Below are positions 52,253-62,059 of a DNA stretch of 64,000 nucleotides, piece by piece. The position numbers were made by a program, and so were the translations under genes. The notes beneath the pieces were generated by a model. It was not told the DNA's origin and searched no databases. It saw only the letters and a program-made list of their open reading frames with translations. The DNA is from Oceanispirochaeta sp. (GTDB lineage: Bacteria; Spirochaetota; Spirochaetia; DSM-2461): NCBI GenBank assembly GCA_963666275.2, contig CAXXOA010000003.1:64001-128000 (forward strand). The letters run 5' to 3'. Position 1 is the first letter of the stretch, and each line of letters opens with the position of its first letter.

Positions 52253-53206
52253 ATGAAAAGGATTCTAGTATTAGCGGTAATGATTGCTGTAACTGTTGCA
52301 GGACTGACCGCAAACGGTCAGGGCGATAAAGCCGGAGCCGGCGACTCATCAAAAGGAATGAAAGTTGGTTTGACAGTTCAGGATCTGAGCAATCAGGTTT
52401 GGGCGTCCAGAGCAAAAGCCCTTGATAAAGTCATAAAGGAAAACGGCGGAGAATTCACCTACCTGGGGTGTGATTCCAATGCTTCCAAACAGATCGGTCA
52501 GATTGAAAACCTGATAGCCAGCGGCATTGATATTCTGATGGTACACCCGGCAGATGACAATGCCATTGATGCGGCTCTGGCAAATGTTCCTGAGAATATC
52601 AAAGTGTTTGTCTATGATAGTGATCTGAAGAATGGGGATGTGCGCTTTCTCCTGGACAACTATGATGCAGGCTACATGATCGGAACCACCGCTGCCGAGT
52701 GGATCAATGAAAAACTTGATGGATCAGCAGAAGTTGCCGTCATCAACTGGCCCCAGCTCGAAATCCTCCTTGAACGGGAAAACGGGATCAAAGATGCTCT
52801 GGCAGAACTGTCTCCCAATGCCAGAATTGTCGCTTCGGCTCCTGCTCTCACCCCTTCAGAAGGTATGACAGTCACCGAGACAATGCTCCAGGCTCATCCT
52901 GAGGTTCAGGTCATCTGTTCCATTGGCGGCGGGGGAGCGGCCGGTGCGAACGAGGCGTTTAAAGCAGCCGGTATGCTGGATGATAAAATTGGTGTTTTTG
53001 CTTCTGATGCTACTGATCCTGAATTTGCCGCCATGGCTAACAATGAAGCCTGCCGCTCTTCTATCATGTACACGGGAACTCCCGAGCAGACAGCTGTTAT
53101 CATCTACGGATGGCTTGAGAAAATGTACAAAGGGGAACCTATCGATCCCAGAGTCTATCACACATTCATTCCTGTAAATCAGGGTAATTACAAAGAATAT
53201 ATGTAA
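52253..53206 (+). CDS. Sugar/polyol ABC transporter substrate-binding protein (RbsB-like)
   Basis: Signal peptide, QIENLIASGID, ERENG..L, LQAHPEV. Confidence 0.88.
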   Translation: MKRILVLAVMIAVTVAGLTANGQGDKAGAGDSSKGMKVGLTVQDLSNQVWASRAKALDKVIKENGGEFTYLGCDSNASKQIGQIENLIASGIDILMVHPADDNAIDAALANVPENIKVFVYDSDLKNGDVRFLLDNYDAGYMIGTTAAEWINEKLDGSAEVAVINWPQLEILLERENGIKDALAELSPNARIVASAPALTPSEGMTVTETMLQAHPEVQVICSIGGGGAAGANEAFKAAGMLDDKIGVFASDATDPEFAAMANNEACRSSIMYTGTPEQTAVIIYGWLEKMYKGEPIDPRVYHTFIPVNQGNYKEYM

Positions 53207-53395
53207 TTAAAAATTATTATCTGAGGGATAATCACAGAAGAGATCCTGTTCGCTTTACCTTCGTTGATTTGCTGAACCGGCTGTTCAAGTCCTGGTGTAC
53301 AATCCGAGGCCGCTTCCGGGTGGTCCCGGTAAATCATCAGGTATTCTCTTCTGGATTATTCCCTTTTTTCTTTGATACTGAGGAGATCAGGAATC

Positions 53396-54922
53396 ATGTC
53401 AGAAACGATCACACCCTGCCTGCAGTTAAAGGATATTACAAAAATATATCCCGGGGTTATTGCCCTGGACAGGGTTTCATTTGAAGTTATGCCCGGAGAG
53501 ATTCATGCTCTGGTGGGTGAAAACGGAGCAGGGAAGTCAACTCTAATCAAGACCTGCTCCGGCGCGGAAATCCCCCATCAGGGGGAAATTATCGTCAATG
53601 GGAAAGAGTTTTCCTCCATGACTCCGAAACTGTCCGAGGAGAACGGTATTGCAGTCATCTATCAGGAGTTCAACCTGGTTGGTGAATTAAGCGTAGCAGA
53701 GAATATCTTCCTGGGAAGAGCCATCCGGAAGGGGATGGTTATAAATATGCCTGCTATGGTTTCAGAAGCGGAAAAAATATTCAAACAGCTTGAGATTAGT
53801 ATAGATCCCACGGGTCTTGTAAAAGACCTGACCGTGGGGTATCAGCAGATTGTGGAAATTGCCAAGGCAATCTCTTTAAAGGCGAAAATCCTGATTATGG
53901 ACGAGCCGACAGCTCCTCTGACAAAAGGAGAAACAGAACACCTTTTTGAAATGGTGGGGAAGCTGAAAAAAAACGGTGTGACAATCATCTATATTTCACA
54001 TCGTATGGATGAAATCTTTCGTCTTTCCGACAGGATAACGGTCCTCCGGGACGGAAAGAAAATATCCACTGTCAATGCGAAAAATACGAACCTTGATGAA
54101 CTTGTCAAACTGATGGTCGGGAGGGATCTTACGGAAACATTTCCGGTAAGGAAATCCTGTATTTCCGAAGAAGTCCTTCTGGAAGTGCAGGGGTTGAGCG
54201 GAAATGGGGTGAAAGACATCAGTTTTAAGGCCAGAAAAGGGGAAATCCTTGGATTTGCCGGTCTGGTAGGGGCTGGAAGAACAGAAACAGCAGAACTGCT
54301 CTTTGGAGCAAAACCAATAGAAAAAGGGAAAATCCTGTTTAAAGGAAAGGAATTCGTTCCCCTTTCTCCCAGGAATGCCATTGATAACGGGATAGCCCTG
54401 CTTCCGGAGGACAGGAAAAAACTGGGAGCCCTCCTGGATTTTGACATCAAGGAGAATATAAGCCTTTCCATTCTGCCGCGGATATCGAAACTCCTTGTGA
54501 TCAACCGTAAGAACGAAGCAGAAAAAGCGGAATACTATCGAAAGAGTATCAGGATCAAAACTCCTGATTTGTATGAAAAAGTCAAAAACCTCAGCGGGGG
54601 GAATCAGCAGAAGGTTATCATTGCCAAATGGCTGGCATCCGAACCGGATCTGGTCATCTTTGATGAACCTACCCGCGGCATCGATGTGGGGGCCAAGTAC
54701 GAAATCTACAAACTGATGAACGCCCTTGTCGAACAGGGGCAGACCATACTGATGATCTCCTCGGAAATGGAAGAGGTTATCGGTATGTCCGACAGAATCA
54801 TTGTTCTTTCTGAGGGTGTAAAAACCGGAGAACTGGATAAGTCGGAATTCAGCCAGGAAAAGATACTGAGCCTGGCCTCAATTGTTGCAGACGCTAGTCG
54901 GGAAGGAGAGACAGATCAATGA
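53396..54922 (+). CDS. Sugar ABC transporter ATPase (RbsA/MglA-type, two NBDs)
   Basis: GENGAGKSTL, MDEPT, YISHRM, LSGGNQQK, DEPTRGIDVGAK. Confidence 0.93.
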   Translation: MSETITPCLQLKDITKIYPGVIALDRVSFEVMPGEIHALVGENGAGKSTLIKTCSGAEIPHQGEIIVNGKEFSSMTPKLSEENGIAVIYQEFNLVGELSVAENIFLGRAIRKGMVINMPAMVSEAEKIFKQLEISIDPTGLVKDLTVGYQQIVEIAKAISLKAKILIMDEPTAPLTKGETEHLFEMVGKLKKNGVTIIYISHRMDEIFRLSDRITVLRDGKKISTVNAKNTNLDELVKLMVGRDLTETFPVRKSCISEEVLLEVQGLSGNGVKDISFKARKGEILGFAGLVGAGRTETAELLFGAKPIEKGKILFKGKEFVPLSPRNAIDNGIALLPEDRKKLGALLDFDIKENISLSILPRISKLLVINRKNEAEKAEYYRKSIRIKTPDLYEKVKNLSGGNQQKVIIAKWLASEPDLVIFDEPTRGIDVGAKYEIYKLMNALVEQGQTILMISSEMEEVIGMSDRIIVLSEGVKTGELDKSEFSQEKILSLASIVADASREGETDQ

Positions 54923-55878
54923 AGGATCTAACAAATCAATTGAAGAAATATGGAATCTATATGGTGTTTCTGGTGCTGGTTGTATTTTTTTCTATCGCAT
55001 CACCTACATTTTTAAAAACAGCCAACCTTCTGAATGTGGCCAGGCAGATTTCCATGATGGGAATTGCCGCTGTGGGGTTTGCTTTTACTTTGCTTCTGGG
55101 GGGAATTGACCTCTCCATCGGTTCCATGGTGACTCTGGTGAACATCGTTACCGCATGGCTGATGGTCAATGCCGGAGTGAATCCCGCCCTGGCCTGTCTG
55201 ATTGCAATCATGATGAGTTCCGGGATCGGGTTTTTCAACGGATGGGTCATTGCCAATATCAAAATCCCGCCCATTATAGTTACTCTGAGTATGATGATCA
55301 TCATCGAGGGGGTGGCATCCATGATCTGCGGAGGTCTTCCCATCTTCGGATTTCCCCAGTCTTTTACAGTTATAGGACAGGGCTATGTCGGTCCGATTCC
55401 AATTCCTGTGATCATCATGATTGTCATTCTGGCGCTGGGGGCATTCATCCTGAATAAAACCTATATCGGCCGGTATTTCTATGCGGTGGGGGGAAATGAG
55501 GAAGCATCCAATCTGTCGGGGATTAACGTTCTTCATGTGAAGTATCTTGTGTATTCCCTTTCTGGTTTTTTCGCCGGTATTGCCGGTATTGTCATGCTCT
55601 CACGGACCAACTCCGGACAGGTCCTTTCCGGAAAGGGATTTGAGTTTGAAGTCCTTACAGCCTGTGTGCTGGGAGGCGTCAGCGTGGTCGGAGGAGTGGG
55701 AAGGATCTCCAATATTGTGGCCGGCCTTCTGATCCTGGGGGTTCTCAGTAACGGCCTGATCCTGCTGAATGTAAGCCAGTTTGCCCAGATGGTTGTAAAG
55801 GGAAGTGTTCTTCTCCTGGCTGTGGCTTTCGACAGTATCCAGAGAAACAGAACTGTAGTCACAATCAAAGAAGCCTGA
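54919..55878 (+). CDS. Sugar ABC transporter permease (RbsC-like)
   Basis: GGIDLSIGS, GRYFYAVGGNEEA..SGI, ACVLGGVS..GG.G. Confidence 0.93.
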   Translation: MKDLTNQLKKYGIYMVFLVLVVFFSIASPTFLKTANLLNVARQISMMGIAAVGFAFTLLLGGIDLSIGSMVTLVNIVTAWLMVNAGVNPALACLIAIMMSSGIGFFNGWVIANIKIPPIIVTLSMMIIIEGVASMICGGLPIFGFPQSFTVIGQGYVGPIPIPVIIMIVILALGAFILNKTYIGRYFYAVGGNEEASNLSGINVLHVKYLVYSLSGFFAGIAGIVMLSRTNSGQVLSGKGFEFEVLTACVLGGVSVVGGVGRISNIVAGLLILGVLSNGLILLNVSQFAQMVVKGSVLLLAVAFDSIQRNRTVVTIKEA

Positions 55879-55895
55879 GACGTTAAGGAGTACGA

Positions 55896-57365
55896 ATGAA
55901 TTCACTTAAACCGGCGGTCCCGAACCTGGGGAAGATCGACGGGAGGGTAGAAGTCCCCTCCTATTCCCTGGCCTCACCGGACCGCTCCATACTGCATCTG
56001 GGAGTGGGGAATTTCCACCGATCCCACCAGGCCTATTATCTTCACAGGCTTCTGCAGCTCCAGGACAGTTCCTGGAGGATCTGCGGCGCCGGGCTTATGC
56101 CCCAGGACCTGGTGATGAAAGAGGCCCTGGAGGACCAGGATTACCTCTACACCCTTGTCACCCAGGAGTCGGGCAGGGAAGACGCCTGCCTCATCGGTTC
56201 ACTGAGAGATTACATCCACATTCCCACGGAATTCGAACGGTTTCTCCAGACCTGCAGCGACGGGGATCTGAAGATCCTTTCGCTGACCATTACGGAAAAA
56301 GGGTACTGTTTTGACAATGACATGAATCTGGACAGGGAGAACCCCGGGATCAGGCATGATCTGACCAGGGCAGAGACCCCCCCCGTCACAGCAGTCGGAG
56401 TTCTGGCCTATGCCCTGAAGAAGAGGTTGGCTGCAGGAGGGGCTCCGCTGACTCTGCTTTCCTGTGACAACATTCCCGAAAACGGATCTGTACTGAAACG
56501 GATCCTTTTTCAGTATGCGGAACTTCTGGAAGATTCCGACCTTCTGGGGTACCTGAAAAACTCCGTTACCTTTCCCTGTACCATGGTGGACAGGATTACT
56601 CCGAATACCTCTGAGGAGAAGATCACCTATCTTCAGGAGCAGTACGGGATACTGGACCGGGTTCCCGTATTTGCAGAGCAGTTTATCCAGTGGGTTATTG
56701 AGGACCGCTTCATTGCGGGCCGCCCGGAATGGGAAAAAGTGGATGCCGCCTTTGTCGAGGATGTGAAACCCTATGAACTTATGAAAATCCGGCTTCTCAA
56801 CGGGGGCCACTCCGCCATGTCCTATCTGTCTCTGCTCTCTGGGTACAACTTTGTTGATGAAGCCATGGATGACAGGAGGATAAAGCTGTTCCTCAGAGGG
56901 TATATGGGAGAGCTCAAACAGACTCTGACCCGGATCCCCGGTATGGATTTCGAAACGTATATTGAAACTCTGCTTGAGAGGTTCGCCAACCCGGCGGTCA
57001 GGGACAGGCTGCTGAGACTGGCAGAGGACGGATCAACAAAGATTCTGAACAGTATGATGACTCCTCTGGAAATTCTTCTTGAAAGGGGAGAGGGGGCCCG
57101 GTATATCACAGCCGCTCTGGCGGGATGGATCTGCTATCTGCATCTCTCTCTGGAAAACAGGGAGTCCGTGGTCAATGATCCTATCAGGGACAAACTCAGG
57201 GAGGCTGCGGCAGATCCGGTCAATAATATTCAGGATTTCCTGGCAATCCGGGAAGTCTTTCCTGCTAAGATCGCGGAAAACAGAGAGTTTGCCGAAGGGC
57301 TGCAATTCACAGTTGAACGGATCCTGAAGGAAGGGGTCCGGGAGGTTCTGAAAGACTACAACTGA
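55896..57365 (+). CDS. Mannitol dehydrogenase family oxidoreductase (mannitol/arabitol/mannonate-type)
   Basis: HLGVGNFHRSHQA, TITEKGY, LSCDN, MVDRITP, KIRLLNGGH, ERFANP...D. Confidence 0.9.
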   Translation: MNSLKPAVPNLGKIDGRVEVPSYSLASPDRSILHLGVGNFHRSHQAYYLHRLLQLQDSSWRICGAGLMPQDLVMKEALEDQDYLYTLVTQESGREDACLIGSLRDYIHIPTEFERFLQTCSDGDLKILSLTITEKGYCFDNDMNLDRENPGIRHDLTRAETPPVTAVGVLAYALKKRLAAGGAPLTLLSCDNIPENGSVLKRILFQYAELLEDSDLLGYLKNSVTFPCTMVDRITPNTSEEKITYLQEQYGILDRVPVFAEQFIQWVIEDRFIAGRPEWEKVDAAFVEDVKPYELMKIRLLNGGHSAMSYLSLLSGYNFVDEAMDDRRIKLFLRGYMGELKQTLTRIPGMDFETYIETLLERFANPAVRDRLLRLAEDGSTKILNSMMTPLEILLERGEGARYITAALAGWICYLHLSLENRESVVNDPIRDKLREAAADPVNNIQDFLAIREVFPAKIAENREFAEGLQFTVERILKEGVREVLKDYN

Positions 57366-57386
57366 GAGAGCAGACCGGCGGAGCCT

Positions 57387-57704
57387 CTAGAGCCCCAGGT
57401 TTTTCCGGCGGTTGGAGAGGACTGTTCCCTCCGCACAGGCTGCCAGTTCCAGAACACAGGGGGCCGTCAGGGTGTATTCCACCCGGGTCCCCTCTTTTTT
57501 GTCACTCACAAGACCCGCTTCCTTCAGCTGGCTCAGATGCTTGGAGGCGGCAGATTTGGGGATTCCCGCTTCCGCTGCCAGTTCACATACACACCAGGGC
57601 TGGGTTTTCAGCTTCTCCAGAAAGTAAATTCTGATAGGGTGGGACAGGGCTTTGAACATATGGGCCCTTCTTTCGCATCTTGTCTGGTCTTCCTGATTTA
57701 TCAT
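57387..57704 (-). CDS. ArsR/SmtB-family regulator
   Basis: FKALSHPIR, CVCEL, SKHLSQLKEAGLV, C-terminal Cys pair. Confidence 0.88.
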   Translation of the reverse strand: MINQEDQTRCERRAHMFKALSHPIRIYFLEKLKTQPWCVCELAAEAGIPKSAASKHLSQLKEAGLVSDKKEGTRVEYTLTAPCVLELAACAEGTVLSNRRKNLGL

Positions 57705-57716
57705 GATCCTTTATTA

Positions 57717-57786
57717 GTTTCATTTTTGGGAAACTTTGTCAATCTGATGAGTTGACCCTGTATTCAAAGTTTCGTAAAATCGAAAC
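57717..57786. promoter_or_regulatory. Two GTTTC-N8-GAAAC palindromes, candidate ArsR operators
   Basis: 57717-57734 and 57769-57786 in the divergent arsR/thioredoxin spacer. Confidence 0.65.
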
Positions 57787-57813
57787 AAAGAAACATTGTA
57801 AAGGACTTTTAAA

Positions 57814-58053
57814 ATGAATGTACAGATATTGGGTATGGGATGCCCTAAATGCAACTCTCTGGAATCCAATGCAGCCCAGGCTGTATCCGAGCTGGGACTG
57901 GATGCTGAAATTGTTAAGATAGCTGATATGCAGGAGATTATGAAAATGGGTGTTATGATGACTCCAGCTCTTGCCGTTGATGATGTTGTAAAGGCCAAAG
58001 GGAAACTCCTGACAGTGGAAGAGATTAAAACAATCCTGAAGGATGTCGGCTGA
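57814..58053 (+). CDS. Small thioredoxin-like redox protein (MTH895/Thioredoxin_3 type)
   Basis: ILGMGCPKC..L, GVMMTPALAVD. Confidence 0.88.
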   Translation: MNVQILGMGCPKCNSLESNAAQAVSELGLDAEIVKIADMQEIMKMGVMMTPALAVDDVVKAKGKLLTVEEIKTILKDVG

Positions 58054-58238
58054 TCCGGCCGGGGGGTTCCCTATAGACCTTTAAGCCGGCCCTTCCCGGC
58101 CGGCCTGTTCCTTTCCTCTCGTTTAATTCCTTTACTCAGGGTACCAAAATGTACTTAAACTCTTCTGTTTCTACTGAAATGTAGTCGTTTTGTTCTTTTA
58201 CGGCAATAAAAAGAGGGTAAAAGCCCCTTTTTCCTATC

Positions 58239-58254
58239 TGGCACAGTCCTTGCC
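58239..58254 (+). promoter_or_regulatory. Sigma54 (-24/-12) promoter upstream of the EAL gene
   Basis: TGGCACAGTCCTTGCC matches TGGCAC-N5-TTGC. Confidence 0.7.
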
Positions 58255-58270
58255 ATAATAGTTCTTTCCT

Positions 58271-59503
58271 ATGATTAAAGAATTGTCCCTATTACAAAAA
58301 GAAAATTTAAAAATGTCTCAGGTTCCCATGATTACAACCTATTTCCAGCCCATTGTGTCTATTAAAGATCAGAGGATCGTCGCTTTTGAGGCGTTAAGCC
58401 GTTTCAGGAAGGAAGCCTCAGCCCCCCTGAAATCCGTCCAGTCCCTGATTGATCAGTGTTCCAGTGATCAGGAACTGCTCTCCCTTGACTGGAGGATGAT
58501 CTCCAGTGCTGTTGAAGGGTTCAGCAGCCTGTCTGTGGAGTCCCATACCCTTCTGTTTATCAATGTGAGTGCTCCGGTTGTGAACGGCGGGGGCGAATCG
58601 GTTGCAGCTCTGCTGGAAAAACTGAACCGGAAGGGGATCTCTCCCAAACGGGTGGTCCTTGAGATTCTGGAAAACGGCCTGAAGATGGATGAAAAGGACT
58701 GGGAATTTTTTCTCAGCTGCCGGAATGCGGGTATCCTGCTGGCTCTTGATGATATCGGGGTGGGATTTTCCAATCTGGAGCGGATTGCACTTATCAAACC
58801 CGACATTATAAAACTCGACCGTTCCCTGGTTCAGCAGGTTCATCAGAATTTCCACAAAAAGAAGGTCTTTGAATCCCTTGTAAAACTGGCCGGTGTTATC
58901 GGTGCCATCCCCCTGGCAGAGGGCGTGGAAAACCTGGAAGACTCCCTGGCGGCTCTGGAATCGGGCGCCACCCTTCTGCAGGGATACTATTTCTGCCGGC
59001 CCCAGGCTGATCTGGACACCATAGAAATGATCTGCTCCGATAAGATCCTGAACTGCCGGGACTCTCTGAAAAATGAACTGACTCAGAAAAAACAGCATTT
59101 CCGCAGGCGGCTGCAGGTCTTTGAAAAAGCTGTGGAGATGATATGCAATGAGCTGATCTGTCATGACAGAGATCAGTTCGAGGGGGTAATGGAAGAGTTT
59201 ATCCATGCCTGTGAGGGCATAGAATGCCTCTATATTCTGAACCGCGACGGGATTCAGGTGACCGATACAGTGACTGTTTTTCAGGACTATCTTGAAAAGC
59301 ACTATCTGTTCCAGCCTGCCATCAAAGGGGCGGATCACTCACTGAAAATGTACTTTTTTGATCCCCGGGGGCATCAGCAGCTTCAGGTCTCAGAACCCTA
59401 TATCTCCCAGGCATCCGGATCATCCTGTTTTACTATTTCCAAAGCCTTCAAAAAGAACGGGTTTGACTATCTTCTCTGCGCCGACTTTCCGGCTCAAAGC
59501 TGA
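58271..59503 (+). CDS. EAL-domain protein with a YkuI-like C-terminal domain
   Basis: FQPIVS, FEALSR, ALDDIGVG, IKLDR, AEGVE, QGYY; C-terminal G.QVTDT..GADHS..SEPYIS. Start codon uncertain. Confidence 0.85.
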   Translation: MIKELSLLQKENLKMSQVPMITTYFQPIVSIKDQRIVAFEALSRFRKEASAPLKSVQSLIDQCSSDQELLSLDWRMISSAVEGFSSLSVESHTLLFINVSAPVVNGGGESVAALLEKLNRKGISPKRVVLEILENGLKMDEKDWEFFLSCRNAGILLALDDIGVGFSNLERIALIKPDIIKLDRSLVQQVHQNFHKKKVFESLVKLAGVIGAIPLAEGVENLEDSLAALESGATLLQGYYFCRPQADLDTIEMICSDKILNCRDSLKNELTQKKQHFRRRLQVFEKAVEMICNELICHDRDQFEGVMEEFIHACEGIECLYILNRDGIQVTDTVTVFQDYLEKHYLFQPAIKGADHSLKMYFFDPRGHQQLQVSEPYISQASGSSCFTISKAFKKNGFDYLLCADFPAQS

Positions 59504-60864
59504 TCCGGGCCTTCGGGATTCTTCTTAACATAGGTTTCGGAAATCTCTCTGAAGAGAGGGGCAATTCTGGTAAAGGCTCTGACAATCTCAGGATCGAATT
59601 TTTTCCCATCCCCCTCCTGGATGATTTCCTCTGCTTTCTGGCAGGAGAAAGCTTCTTTATAGGGCCTTGCGGTTCTCAGGGCATCGTAGACATCGGCAAG
59701 AGCCATAATCCTGGCTGACAGGGGAATCTGCTCCCCCGACAGCCCATGGGGATATCCCGAGCCGTCCCAGTTCTCATGATGATTCAGAGCAATTTCGTAT
59801 CCCAGATTCAGATAGGACTGAAAATCCAGGGCATCCATGGCCTCCTTGAGGACATGAGCTCCGAACACAGGGTGCTTTTTAATCGTTTCAAACTCCTCCG
59901 GACTCAGTTTGCCGGGTTTGAGCAGAATCCTGTCAGGGATGCCCACTTTACCAATATCATGCAGGGGGGCCGACTGAACCAGGTCCTCAATATACCGGGG
60001 GGTCAGGTATTTCCTGTATCTCCGTTTTTTCCGGAGTTCTTCCGCAAGCAGGCGGCAGTACTCGCTGGTTCTTTCTATGTGATCTCCCGTCTCGTTATCC
60101 CGCAGTTCCGAAAGAAGAGACATGGCACGGATTGTGACAGACTGGCTTTTTTTCAGATGGCTGAGAGTTCTGTTCTGGGTCTGATAGGACCGGAAGAAGA
60201 GGAAAAAGAGCAGGGTATAGAGGGCGAATCCCCCTGTACTTATAATCCGGATAATCCGGAGGATATTCTGACGGATATCCGAATAAAGGTCATTATCCTC
60301 TACAGATATTTCAAAAATAAGCTGAATTTCCTTTTCTGAAGTGAAAGGAATGAAATAGTCAAAAAACTCCTCCTGAGACCAGGTCTGTCCTCTACTTCCG
60401 GCTCCCTCCCTGATAATACTCTGAATGATTGCCATCCTGTTCTGTTCCAGTTCTTCCCTGTGGCCTGAATCCTTCAGGGCTAGTCCTGTCAGGAACTCCC
60501 CGCTGCCGGAATAGACATTAATCCTTTGTATATGGGGGAGAAGAAAAAGGTCTGTTGTGAAATGAGCCCAGTCATGATCTGCTTCCACTTCGTGATCCCC
60601 CTCATTTTCGCTATGCATTTCTGCAGGAGTATCAGGATGGGGATCATCCAGAATATTCTCAATCATATGGGGATAATTCTCTGGAATGGAATTGATCATG
60701 GATCTGTATATGGAAGCATTGGTTTCCACAGAGCTGTTCATGGAATCCCGGGTTAAGCGGTTTATGAGGATCAGGCTGACCGAAAGGGTCGCAATCAATG
60801 AAATGACTGTGTACTGGATAATTAAATTATTAAAAAATCCTCTGATTTTCAACGTTGTACTCAA
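59494..60864 (-). CDS. Membrane-anchored HD-GYP phosphodiesterase
   Basis: 2 TM segments flanking a periplasmic region; ETGDHIER, LHDIGKVGIPD, HHENWDGSGYP, ADVYDAL..RPYK. Confidence 0.9.
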   Translation of the reverse strand: MSTTLKIRGFFNNLIIQYTVISLIATLSVSLILINRLTRDSMNSSVETNASIYRSMINSIPENYPHMIENILDDPHPDTPAEMHSENEGDHEVEADHDWAHFTTDLFLLPHIQRINVYSGSGEFLTGLALKDSGHREELEQNRMAIIQSIIREGAGSRGQTWSQEEFFDYFIPFTSEKEIQLIFEISVEDNDLYSDIRQNILRIIRIISTGGFALYTLLFFLFFRSYQTQNRTLSHLKKSQSVTIRAMSLLSELRDNETGDHIERTSEYCRLLAEELRKKRRYRKYLTPRYIEDLVQSAPLHDIGKVGIPDRILLKPGKLSPEEFETIKKHPVFGAHVLKEAMDALDFQSYLNLGYEIALNHHENWDGSGYPHGLSGEQIPLSARIMALADVYDALRTARPYKEAFSCQKAEEIIQEGDGKKFDPEIVRAFTRIAPLFREISETYVKKNPEGPDQL

Positions 60865-60917
60865 AGTGCCTTTCCTGCTACAAATTTAAGACATTCTGAA
60901 TAAAAAACCAGCCCTTA

Positions 60918-61916
60918 TCAAGATCCAGTGGCAAGAACCAGGTTCTCACAGCTGCCTGTCTTTTCAATATCCATCAGGTTTCTGAAGGTAGTCTCCCTGA
61001 TATTGGCCAGGGCTTCCCGTGTAAAAAAGGCCTGGTGAGCAGTTATCAGAACATTGGGAAAGGTCTGAAGCCTCACAAAGGTATCGTCATGAATGACTTT
61101 ATCCGAGTGATCTTCAAAGAAGAGCTCCTCTTCCTCCTCGTAGACATCTAGCCCTACATATCCGATTTTACCGGTTTTCAAACCTTTGATAATGGCTGCC
61201 GTTTCTATCAGGGGCCCTCTGCTTGTGTTTATAATCATAACTCCGTCTTTCATACTTTTCAGAGCATAGCTGTTGATCAGATGGTAGGTTTCCTGAGTGA
61301 GAGGGCAGTGGAGGGATATGATATCGCTTTGGCGGTACAGATCTTCCAGTTCCACATATTCCACTCCCCGGGATTTTAAATCATCGGAGGGGTATTTATC
61401 ATAGGCCAGAATTTTCATACCTAAACCTGAAATGGTCTCAATAAAAATCTGACCGATTCTTCCCGTTCCGATGACTCCGATGGTTTTTCCTCTCATGTCA
61501 AATCCCATGAGACCGTCCAGAGCAAAATTGCCGTCTCTCACACGGCTGTGGGCTCTATGGTATTTTCTGTTCAGACTCAGGATCAGTCCCAGGGCATGTT
61601 CGGCCACCGCATAGGGGGAATAGGCGGGAACCCGGCAGACAGTTATTTCCTTTTCGGCCGCCGCATGAAGGTCTACGTTGTTGTATCCCGCGCAGCGGAG
61701 AGCTATGGCCTTTACTCCCATCATAGACAGGGCTCCGATGACCTGACTGTTCACCGAGTCGTTGACAAAAACACATACCGCATCGTATCCGTCTGCAAGC
61801 TTTACCGTATTCTCATTGAGTGTGGATTCAAAAAAAGTCAGTTGCAAGGAAGAGGGAATTTTTTCGGAAAAACTGTCTCTCACCCATTTCTTCGTACTGA
61901 AAACAGCTACTTTCAC
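60918..61916 (-). CDS. ldhA: D-lactate dehydrogenase (2-hydroxyacid dehydrogenase)
   Basis: ALRCAGYNNVD, RVPAYSPYAVAEH, GTGRIG, INTSRG, LDVYEEE, TAHQAFFT; GTG start after GAGGAG. Confidence 0.88.
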   Translation of the reverse strand: MKVAVFSTKKWVRDSFSEKIPSSLQLTFFESTLNENTVKLADGYDAVCVFVNDSVNSQVIGALSMMGVKAIALRCAGYNNVDLHAAAEKEITVCRVPAYSPYAVAEHALGLILSLNRKYHRAHSRVRDGNFALDGLMGFDMRGKTIGVIGTGRIGQIFIETISGLGMKILAYDKYPSDDLKSRGVEYVELEDLYRQSDIISLHCPLTQETYHLINSYALKSMKDGVMIINTSRGPLIETAAIIKGLKTGKIGYVGLDVYEEEEELFFEDHSDKVIHDDTFVRLQTFPNVLITAHQAFFTREALANIRETTFRNLMDIEKTGSCENLVLATGS

Positions 61917-62059
61917 CTGACAACTCCTCAAAAATACTAGTAATATTGTAGTATTCTAGTTTCCCCGTCAGGTCCGGTCAATAGAACCTTCCGGATATTT
62001 TCCGGTAGTTCGGTTTTCGCTGCCGTGAGGGCCGGGAGGGAATCCCGGCGGATCTCTTT

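Noticed and set aside
26987..58053. Selenocysteine readthrough in the redox enzymes
   Set aside because: The Mo enzyme, Prx, CoADR and thioredoxin ORFs are uninterrupted, with Cys or Ser at the expected sites.
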